Shown here one piece after another: positions 8,981 through 15,770 of a stretch of 33,170 bases of DNA (its first letter is position 1; every line of letters starts with the position of its first letter). The translations under genes were made by a program, and so were the position numbers. The notes beneath the pieces are model-generated. The model was not told the DNA's origin and did not search any database. It saw only the letters and a program-made list of their open reading frames with translations. This stretch comes from a virus (lineage: Duplodnaviria; Heunggongvirae; Uroviricota; Caudoviricetes). The stretch lies in IMG/VR virus record IMGVR_UViG_3300044212_000090; one strand, 5' to 3'.

Positions 8981-9784
8981 ATGGATATTCTCTTCGACAT
9001 CAGCCCCTACTGGGCGGGCGACGTGCTCGCCTCCGACGCAGCCGCGAAGGACCTGGCATCCGTGAGCATCGGGGACGGCCCGATCGACGGCTCTGCGCTC
9101 TCCTCGCTGCCATGCAGCCCGCTGGCCGTGCTCACGCCGCTGGCCGCGGCCCCCGAGCGGCCCGAGCGGCGCTACGGCATCCTCCTGACCCCCTTCCCCT
9201 ACCTTCCCGACGAGGTGTGGATGCGCCGGCCCGGCGAGGGCCTGCCGGGCTATCACATGCGCATCCTCATCGCGCTCGACGCGCTGGGCCTGATCGAGGC
9301 GGACGAGCGCGACATGCCGCGCCTCGCCGCCATCGATGGCGCGCCGGAAGACACGGCGAGTGCGCAGGCGATGCTCGCCGCCTTCGACCGGCGAGGCGAC
9401 GATGGCCGATTCGACGCCATCCGCGAGCGCATCGCCCAGAGCGCCCGGGCGGCATGGCCCGAGGGCTATCCCGCGGACGCCGAGATGGTCAACGGGCAGC
9501 TCATCGCGAGCCTGTCCATGACCGGAAGCGCGGTCGTCGCCGCGCAGCGCGCCGTGGCCCTGGGCGCTGTGGGCCCCGAGGGCGCGGCGCAGGCCGTCGC
9601 CCTGCTCAAGCGCATCCAGGAGTCGTACGGGCCGCTCTTCGATCCCGAGGCGATGGATCCCCCGCACATCGCCCAGTGGGTCATCGCCAACAAGGGCCGC
9701 GCCATCGACATGCTCTCGCAGCTCGCGGACGCCGGCTTCGAGTCGCAGTCCACCGTGGATGCCGCCCGTCAGGTGTTCGCCTAG
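8981..9784 (+). CDS. Hypothetical protein, 267 aa
   Basis: Typical GC3-rich codon usage; motif-led start. Confidence 0.8.
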   Translation: MDILFDISPYWAGDVLASDAAAKDLASVSIGDGPIDGSALSSLPCSPLAVLTPLAAAPERPERRYGILLTPFPYLPDEVWMRRPGEGLPGYHMRILIALDALGLIEADERDMPRLAAIDGAPEDTASAQAMLAAFDRRGDDGRFDAIRERIAQSARAAWPEGYPADAEMVNGQLIASLSMTGSAVVAAQRAVALGAVGPEGAAQAVALLKRIQESYGPLFDPEAMDPPHIAQWVIANKGRAIDMLSQLADAGFESQSTVDAARQVFA

Positions 9785-9929
9785 GCTCTCCGCTTCATCG
9801 GCAAGCGCCTCCGCTCTCTTTTCACGGGAGGGCGGAGGCGCTTCTCGTTCCCGACGCATAGCCATCTCCCATAAGGAGGCGGCGTGCCGCGCGTCCACCC
9901 GGGGCGCTTCGTGCCATGCCGCGCATATC

Positions 9930-10067
9930 ATGAGCGATCGAGACGACGACCGGGAGCGGCGCAAGTTCACCTCCGACTCCAGCAAGGAGAAGTGGGGCCT
10001 GTGGGCGGGGGCGGTCCTGCTCTTCGTCGTGCCCATCTCCCTCATCCTGGGGATCTTCGGGCAATGA
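9930..10067 (+). CDS. Small membrane protein, 45 aa
   Basis: Charged N-terminus plus one TM; ATGA overlap with the HNH gene. Confidence 0.6.
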   Translation: MSDRDDDRERRKFTSDSSKEKWGLWAGAVLLFVVPISLILGIFGQ

Positions 10068-10873
10068 GCATCAGAGGCAAGATCAACGACGCCTGGAGCG
10101 CCTACAAGCTGTTCCGCGCGCTCGGCTCGATGGGCATCGGGCTGGGCGCGCTGGGGCTCGGGGGGCTGGGCACGTGGGGAGCGAGCGTCTGGCGCGGGCA
10201 TGTCGTCAGGGCCGCGGACAGCCCCGAGTACATGACCAATCAGACCACCGCGCCGGACGCCACGATCGCGCCCGCGCCGAAGCAGCCGTTCTCATGGGGC
10301 GCGTTCCTGTCCTCGAACGGAATGAAGGCCGTCATTGCGCTGCTCGTGCTCGCCATCATCATCTGGGCCGTCGCGCACTGGCCCATGAAGCGGCCCAACA
10401 ACCCGTTCGAGCGCGACGAGCGGCGGGAGTTCTCCAAGGCCGACCGGGCATGGATAGGCGAGTGCGCCGACCACCGCTGCGAGCACCGATACTGCTTCGG
10501 GCTGCTGCGCTGCGGATGGCGCGAGGGGGACGACGGCAAGGCCGCGCAGCTGGACCACTGGTACCCGCACTCCAAGGGCGGCGCGACCGACCGGCACAAT
10601 CTCGTCTACCTGTGCCCGAAGCACAACAACCGCAAGTCCGCCCACGTGCCCACCGTCTGGGCCACGCGGGCGCTGGAGCGGGCGCGGCTCAAGTACTTCC
10701 CGGCCCGCTGGCGCGCCTACGCGCGGCCAGACGGCATCGACCATCGCATGGACGAGCCGGACATCCCGAAAGACGAGCCGAAGGCGCCGATCGAGGACAT
10801 GGACGCCGAGCGCGCGCCGTGGGAGGACGACTACCGGGACGCATTCCGGGGCTATGACGACGAAGAAGACTAG
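10064..10873 (+). CDS. Membrane-anchored HNH endonuclease
   Basis: Two hydrophobic segments, then CEHRYC...LDHWYPHSKGGATDRHNLVYLCPKHNNRKS (HNH with Zn-binding Cys); acidic tail. Confidence 0.85.
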   Translation: MSIRGKINDAWSAYKLFRALGSMGIGLGALGLGGLGTWGASVWRGHVVRAADSPEYMTNQTTAPDATIAPAPKQPFSWGAFLSSNGMKAVIALLVLAIIIWAVAHWPMKRPNNPFERDERREFSKADRAWIGECADHRCEHRYCFGLLRCGWREGDDGKAAQLDHWYPHSKGGATDRHNLVYLCPKHNNRKSAHVPTVWATRALERARLKYFPARWRAYARPDGIDHRMDEPDIPKDEPKAPIEDMDAERAPWEDDYRDAFRGYDDEED

Positions 10874-11800
10874 CCTGTTCGCGCTCGCCCCGCTGCTTGC
10901 GGGAGCGCTCCTCACAGCCGCTCCGGTCCACGCCGAGGCGGCTTCCGTCCGTTCGGAGGCAGACGGCGGCGCGAGCGCCGTGCAGGCCCATCGGAAAGCG
11001 CTGTCCGATGCCCAGACGCGACTGGCGAAGGCGGACGGGGCGCTGGCGGACGCCCGAGCCAGAGTCAAGGATGCGATGGGCGACCGGTCCGCATCCAAGC
11101 AGTCCCTTCAGGCTCTGGGCAGAGCGGCGCAGGCGGCGGACGAGGCGATGGATGCCAGTCCCGCGCCCACCGGCTTCCAGCTCTTCCGAGGGGCGGCGCA
11201 GCCCGCCTCGTTCCGAGGGGCGGCGCAGCCCGCCTCGTTCCGCGGCGACATCGATGCGGCGGACGCCCGCGCCAAGGCGAGAACGATGCCGCGAGTGCGC
11301 TGACGAAGGCCGCTCGGGCGGTCGCGGACTCCCATCCCGTGCAAGTAGTGCCGCAGGGCGCCCAAGCCCCGCAGAGTGCCGTTTCCGGCCCGATTCAGGG
11401 CACGTACGCGATGCCTGCGCAGAATGCCCCCCAGTCGCAGCCCGCCGCGCCCGCGCAGCCGCAAGTAGCCACGCTGGATGTCACCTCCGCCACCACCTGC
11501 TCCGACTCCGCATGCGCCCAGAGCGCGGTGGACGCCGGGGGAGCGGCGTACATCGACTACTCCGGCTCCGGCTCCGGCTTCTCTGAGATAGCCGGGCATT
11601 CGGGAGGCGCGGCGGGCCTCATCGCCTCGTTCGCGCCCGGACAGACTGTGCGCACGACGGGGGCGCTGCCGGGCCTATGGCGCATCACGGGGCTGAGCGA
11701 CATCCCGCTGAACGCCCGCGCCATACCATCCGGAGGGTTCGCATTTCAAACCTGCGTGGGCAACGTGCTGCGGCTGGCCTACGCCACCCGCATCGGCTGA
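10854..11800 (+). pseudogene. Secreted coiled-coil plus sortase-like domain protein, split by an apparent 1-nt frameshift near 11276-11281
   Basis: Frame 1: signal peptide and coiled coil to ...DARAKA. The -1 frame continues ENDAASALTKAARAVADSHPVQV... to EIAGH...FQTC...LRLAYA (His/Cys/Arg spacing as in sortases). Confidence 0.65.
11184..11242 (+). repeat. 27-bp in-frame tandem duplication (FRGAAQPAS x2)
   Basis: TTCCGAGGGGCGGCGCAGCCCGCCTCG twice plus partial third copy. Confidence 0.9.
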
Positions 11801-11809
11801 ACGCCGCAT

Positions 11810-11853
11810 GCGAAAGGCCCGCCGCCGGAATCATCCGGCGGCGGGCCTTTCGC
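11810..11853 (+). terminator. Perfect 20-bp-stem hairpin
   Basis: GCGAAAGGCCCGCCGCCGGA-ATCA-TCCGGCGGCGGGCCTTTCGC. Confidence 0.8.
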
Positions 11854-11917
11854 GTCCTTCGCCGCATAGCCGTCGCGCACCATCAACTGACGATACGACA
11901 ACGAAAGGCGGCCAGTC

Positions 11918-12310
11918 ATGGTTGCATTGCAGGCGCGCAGGCCATCGGGAAGCCCCGCATCCACGGGCGGCGAGTTCGACGGAAGCAGGAGCATGGGCGG
12001 GGCCGATCTGCCGCGCATCAACCAACGGGGGGAGAGGCGCGGACGCCCTCGCCACACGCCCAGCGAGAGCGAGCTCAACGCCGCGCAGGAGGTCAAGACC
12101 CAAGTGGACGCGCTGGCCGCGAGCGGCGATGCGCAGGGCGCGGCCGCGCTGGCGAAGCGCAACGGGGCGTTCGTGCCCGGCGAGCCGCTGCCGTTCGGGC
12201 AGGGGGCGGTCGCCGTGTTCGACGGGAAGCGGCTTGAGACCGCCGATATCAACGGCTACGAGGTCACGGAGCGCGACTTCGACCCCACTACGTTGAGGGT
12301 CAAACAGTAA
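11918..12310 (+). CDS. Hypothetical protein, 130 aa, with N-terminal RxPxG...GGEF motif
   Basis: SD GAAAGG; QARRPSGSPASTGGEF. Confidence 0.7.
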   Translation: MVALQARRPSGSPASTGGEFDGSRSMGGADLPRINQRGERRGRPRHTPSESELNAAQEVKTQVDALAASGDAQGAAALAKRNGAFVPGEPLPFGQGAVAVFDGKRLETADINGYEVTERDFDPTTLRVKQ

Positions 12311-12327
12311 GGAAGCAGGGCGCATTG

Positions 12328-12470
12328 GAGGAGTGCTCCGATGTCCGTTGTTGATGCGGATATCCTGCCATGGACCGGCATCGGAGCACCCTCTTTCTCG
12401 GTCGGCGGCGATTCGCCGACGCATAGGGCGGGATGTCAAGCGGAAACCATTCCGCGGGATATGCCGCCCT
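12328..12470. other. Three consecutive stem-loops upstream of the SSB gene
   Basis: GTGCTCCGATG/CATCGGAGCAC (12333-12389); GTCGGCG/CGCCGAC (12401-12420); AGGGCGG..GCGGAA/TTCCGC..CCGCCCT (12425-12470). Confidence 0.55.
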
Positions 12471-12518
12471 TCGTCATGTCGGGCGGCATCAAGAAGCAAG
12501 AACCGAAAGCAGGACATC

Positions 12519-13298
12519 ATGCCGCAGGAAACCAACAGCAAGCGCACCTTCATCACAGAGAACCTCACCATTCCGAACGCGCGGACCCAGTGGGCCATCC
12601 GCCTGTTCACGCCGGACACGGAGGGGCAGTACGCAGACAACAAGTACTCCGTCATCCTCCTGATCGACAAGTCGGATACGGAGACCGTCGCCGCCATCCG
12701 CAAGGCCATCGCGGAGGACATCAAGAAGGCGATCGAGGCCAAGCTGCTCGACGGCCCGGCCACTGTTCAGTACGTCCAGCGCGTGAACGCCGGCGACTAT
12801 GACGAGGATTTCGCATATCCGCTGCACGACGGCGACTTGGCTACCAAGACTGACAAGGAGACCGGAGAGCGGGTCCTGCGCAAGGACAATGGAGAGCCCG
12901 AGCTGGCCGGGCACTGGTACATCACCGCCAAGTCCGCAAAGAGGCCCCGCATCTACTCCGCGCTGGCCGTGCAGTACGACCTGAACGACCCCGCGCAGCT
13001 CGACAGGGCGAAGTCGGACATCTACTCCGGCTGCCGCGTGAACGCCCGCGTGACCTTCAACGCCTTCGGCTCGTCCCGCGCCGTGCGCGGCGGCGGCGTG
13101 GGCGTCTGGCTCAACGCGGTGCAGAAATTCGCAGACGATGAGCGCCTGGGCGGAGGCCCGGTCGACGACGGATTCTCGCCGGTCGCTGGTGCCGTGGCCT
13201 CCAATGACGGCTTCGCCCCCGCGGGAGCCGCAGCCCCCGCGGCGGACTCCTCGCCGAGCGCGGATGCCGAGGCGGTCTTCGCCGCCCTCGGGGTCTGA
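12519..13298 (+). CDS. ssb: Phage-type single-stranded DNA-binding protein (DUF2815 / T7 gp2.5-like)
   Basis: KYSVILLIDKSD...PLHDGD...IYSGCRVNARVTFNAF...GVGVWLNAVQKFADDERLGGG, then an acidic tail; SD GAAAGCAGGA. Confidence 0.85.
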   Translation: MPQETNSKRTFITENLTIPNARTQWAIRLFTPDTEGQYADNKYSVILLIDKSDTETVAAIRKAIAEDIKKAIEAKLLDGPATVQYVQRVNAGDYDEDFAYPLHDGDLATKTDKETGERVLRKDNGEPELAGHWYITAKSAKRPRIYSALAVQYDLNDPAQLDRAKSDIYSGCRVNARVTFNAFGSSRAVRGGGVGVWLNAVQKFADDERLGGGPVDDGFSPVAGAVASNDGFAPAGAAAPAADSSPSADAEAVFAALGV

Positions 13299-13314
13299 CA
13301 GCCGACAGCCAAGC

Positions 13315-13363
13315 GAGAACCCCCGCCGCAGGTCCTGTGAAAGGATCGGCGGCGGGGGTTCTC
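13315..13363 (+). terminator. Hairpin after ssb
   Basis: GAGAACCCCCGCCGC...GCGGCGGGGGTTCTC. Confidence 0.75.
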
Positions 13364-13405
13364 CGTATCTAGGACGCATGTCGCTCGTGAACGAAAGGAA
13401 GCGTC

Positions 13406-13543
13406 ATGGACAGCATCGCCGATATAGCCGAGGAGCAGTGCTTCGGGCCTGTGGAGACGAAAGCGCTGGCGCTGGCGGACGCCGCGTCGGTCATGCTGGG
13501 CGAGGAGCCGCTATGGCTGATCGACCTTAGGGCCAAGGCATGA
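13406..13543 (+). CDS. Small acidic protein, 45 aa
   Basis: SD GAAAGGAAG; MDSIADIAEEQCFGPVETKALALADAASVMLGEEPLWLIDLRAKA; ATGA overlap with the next ORF; below the ORF-track size cutoff. Confidence 0.6.
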   Translation: MDSIADIAEEQCFGPVETKALALADAASVMLGEEPLWLIDLRAKA

Positions 13544-13776
13544 GGGGCGTCCGTCTCGTCGCGGCTCTCGCCGCCGTCTCATGCCTCTCCAGCTGCGGGG
13601 GGCGGGTCGCCGCGCAGCCATTCATCAAGCTCGACCCGTCATGCGTCAGGACGACAGCTGCGGCAAACGTTTACTCGTCCGACGAGGGGCTGGCACAGCT
13701 GCCAGATGTCTGCAATCCTATACTGCCGCTGGGCGATGCCGACGACAACGAGTGGGGCGGCGAGAAGACGACCTGA
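13540..13776 (+). CDS. Small lipoprotein, 78 aa
   Basis: MRGVRLVAALAAVSCLSS-C lipobox. Confidence 0.65.
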   Translation: MRGVRLVAALAAVSCLSSCGGRVAAQPFIKLDPSCVRTTAAANVYSSDEGLAQLPDVCNPILPLGDADDNEWGGEKTT

Positions 13777-13799
13777 AGCCATGCGTCTGGCAGGATGCA

Positions 13800-13828
13800 G
13801 TCGCTCCTTCGGGAGCGTGGATTGAAAC
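13800..13828 (+). CRISPR. Solitary type I-C-like CRISPR repeat (not an array)
   Basis: GTCGCTCCTTCGGGAGCGTGGATTGAAAC: 6-bp stem CGCTCC/GGAGCG with UUCG loop, followed by the 11-nt tail TGGATTGAAAC typical of I-C repeats; no second copy seen. Confidence 0.75.
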
Positions 13829-13856
13829 CCGCAAGAGCTGATCTGACGTTCAGCCC

Positions 13857-13905
13857 ATACGGCAAGGCCCTGCGAACGCTTGACGTTCGCGGGGCCTTGC
13901 CGTAT
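13857..13905. promoter_or_regulatory. 22-bp-stem inverted repeat overlapping a sigma70-like promoter
   Basis: ATACGGCAAGGCCCTGCGAACG-CTTGA-CGTTCGCGGGGCCTTGCCGTAT; TTGACG (13880-85), then 17 nt to TATAGC or 19 nt to TAGCAT. Confidence 0.55.
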
Positions 13906-13996
13906 AGCATTGCACGGGACGCATTGCCATCGCGAACAACGCCATAGGGCGAACCGCGTCCGGAAGCGGACGCAAGAACGAAAGGAAAGGGCCTTC

Positions 13997-14419
13997 ATGA
14001 CCGAAATCTGGAACACCATCGAGGACACGCCGAGCGAAATAGGAGCCAAGGAGTTCCGCCTGCGCGCCTCTCATGTCATCAAGGCGCTCGCGCAGGTCGA
14101 CCAGAGCTGGGCAGACAATGCCGCACAGCGGCTCAAGGGCTCCGAGATCGACGATGGGCGGGACTGGGTGCACCCGCTCGACCGCACCATGCTCCACGTC
14201 TACGAGCTATGGCTGCTTGAGCACGACGGCGTGAGGCAAAGCCGCCACCCCGGCGCATGGATCTCGGCGGACGGGCTGATGAATCTGGGCGGCGACACGC
14301 AGGAGTCGCTGGAGGAGGCGCAGGCCATCGCCGATCAGGAGCATCGTCTGGTGCGCCTGTGGATGCGTCATCCGGGTGCCGTGCCCGGGGCCTTCGGGCT
14401 CTTCGCGCCGAGCGAGTGA
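13997..14419 (+). CDS. Hypothetical protein, 140 aa
   Basis: SD AAGGAAAGGG; MTEIWNTIEDTP... Confidence 0.75.
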   Translation: MTEIWNTIEDTPSEIGAKEFRLRASHVIKALAQVDQSWADNAAQRLKGSEIDDGRDWVHPLDRTMLHVYELWLLEHDGVRQSRHPGAWISADGLMNLGGDTQESLEEAQAIADQEHRLVRLWMRHPGAVPGAFGLFAPSE

Positions 14420-14438
14420 CGCACAGGTCAAGACCGAG

Positions 14439-14481
14439 AGAGGCGCCGCTGGCTGCAAACCGCAGTCGCGGCGCCTTCTTT
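14439..14481. terminator. Hairpin between convergent genes
   Basis: AGGCGCCGC..GGCTGC/GCAGTC..GCGGCGCCT followed by TCTTT. Confidence 0.65.
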
Positions 14482-14483
14482 GC

Positions 14484-14504
14484 GCCCTAGAACGCACGGA
14501 AACG
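14484..14504 (+). repeat. 21-bp dispersed direct repeat, copy 1
   Basis: GCCCTAGAACGCACGGAAACG, identical at 22336-22356. Confidence 0.85.
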
Positions 14505-14526
14505 CCTCTCTGAGAAGCGAACAGCC

Positions 14527-14700
14527 TCAGTGGCGCTCCCAGCGACCACCTGGCCTGATCTCGGTTCTGAACCGGTACGGCGCATCCCCGAACGGAGGCT
14601 CGCCTCCGCCCAGCGGCATGAAGCCGTCGTTGAGCATCAGCGCCTCCTCGTCGTCCGCCGCGCTTACATCCCGCTTAACGCTCTCCGAAACATGCATCAT
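14527..14700 (-). CDS. Small protein, 57 aa
   Basis: MMHVSESVKRDVSAADDEEALMLNDG...; SD AAGAGGG; ATGA overlap with the upstream stop. Confidence 0.55.
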   Translation of the reverse strand: MMHVSESVKRDVSAADDEEALMLNDGFMPLGGGEPPFGDAPYRFRTEIRPGGRWERH

Positions 14701-15314
14701 CCAACCCTCTTTTCCAGTTCATCCAACGCCGCCATGAGCGCCTGCCACCATGATTCGCGGGTCTGCGCCGGCGCCATGCGGGCGAATGCGAGGGCCCAGC
14801 ACAGAACGCGGATGGCGTCCGAGAGCCCCGCTTCGCCAAGGCCCGTCATGTCGAGCGCGGCGAGGGCCGCGATGGCATCCCTGGCACGCTTCCGTTCGCT
14901 CGCAACCCTGTTCCATTCCTCGTCCGACCAGTAGGATTCGTAGTCGAGCAGGGTTGCGAGCGAACGCCGGGCGAGCGCATCGGAGCCAGGAGTCCCGCCG
15001 CTCTTCGGTTCAGTCCATCCGCTCGCGAGGCCGGACAGCGCGTGAAGCGCTGCGAGCGCCTCGGGTTCGGGGAGCAGCGCCGCGTACCCGTGCATCGCCC
15101 AGCATGCAATCCTGTCGTCCGCCTCGAAGAGGAGCTGCTCCGGGAGGCGGGAGAGCGCTTCGCGCAGATCGTCCCGCCCCTCGCCCGAGACGCCGAGCCA
15201 GGAGGCGCGGGCGGCGCACTCCGCCGCAAGCGCGGCCATGTCGCCGCAATCAGCGCGCAGCGCATCCAGCCGCTCGGGATGGGCGATGCCCTCAGGAAGC
15301 GCTGCCATCCGCAA
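14697..15314 (-). CDS. Hypothetical helical protein, about 205 aa
   Basis: Co-oriented chain of coupled ORFs downstream of the primase-helicase. Confidence 0.7.
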   Translation of the reverse strand: MRMAALPEGIAHPERLDALRADCGDMAALAAECAARASWLGVSGEGRDDLREALSRLPEQLLFEADDRIACWAMHGYAALLPEPEALAALHALSGLASGWTEPKSGGTPGSDALARRSLATLLDYESYWSDEEWNRVASERKRARDAIAALAALDMTGLGEAGLSDAIRVLCWALAFARMAPAQTRESWWQALMAALDELEKRVG

Positions 15315-15729
15315 GCAGATGCCGTGCGCATGCCTGCGCGAGGCATGCTATAGCATGGAAGTCGCCCGACCCGCGCAGGGATGCGATCAGATACGAAGGC
15401 GTGGCATCGGGCTTGACGGAAAGCATCACCGCGAACCGCGCATACACCGCCGCCTGAACGATGGAGACGATCTCGTCACATCGGCACAGACCGCCCGGCA
15501 GCGACTGGAGGATATGCTCCGCCTGCTCAAAGGCGAGCATCCCATGGCCTTCGTCCAGATCGGCTCCGAGCAGAGCGTTCGGAAGCTCCTTCAGACCATC
15601 CAGAAGCGGGCCGTGATTGCGATAGCCATCCTCTGGGATCAGTCCCTTGGGGCTGAACGCCTCGTACGCCTCGTCCCATTCCGCGCCTCCCGGCTCGGCA
15701 TCCTCATGAACGTAATCAAGCAATTCCAT
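15292..15729 (-). CDS. Hypothetical acidic protein, 145 aa
   Basis: SD GAAAGGA. Confidence 0.7.
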   Translation of the reverse strand: MELLDYVHEDAEPGGAEWDEAYEAFSPKGLIPEDGYRNHGPLLDGLKELPNALLGADLDEGHGMLAFEQAEHILQSLPGGLCRCDEIVSIVQAAVYARFAVMLSVKPDATPSYLIASLRGSGDFHAIACLAQACARHLLADGSAS

Positions 15730-15770
15730 CAGAGTCCTTTCGTCATATGATGCTCAGCCGACCACATGCA

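Noticed and set aside
9884-10063. GTG start with AAGGAGG extending the HNH gene by 60 aa
   Set aside because: The extension reads like an off-frame shadow of the 45-aa membrane ORF, whose ATGA overlap supports the 10064 start. Not fully excluded.
5513-10201. 1562-aa minus-strand ORF
   Set aside because: Antisense shadow of GC3-rich plus-strand genes; Arg/Ala/Gly/His-rich with no motifs.
8798-13314. CGACAGCC(G/A)AGC before the hairpins at 8812 and 13315
   Set aside because: Only two short imperfect copies in GC-rich DNA; not enough to distinguish from chance.
13780-13960. A CRISPR array around the repeat at 13800
   Set aside because: No second or degenerate repeat at spacer distance on either side; reported only as a solitary repeat.
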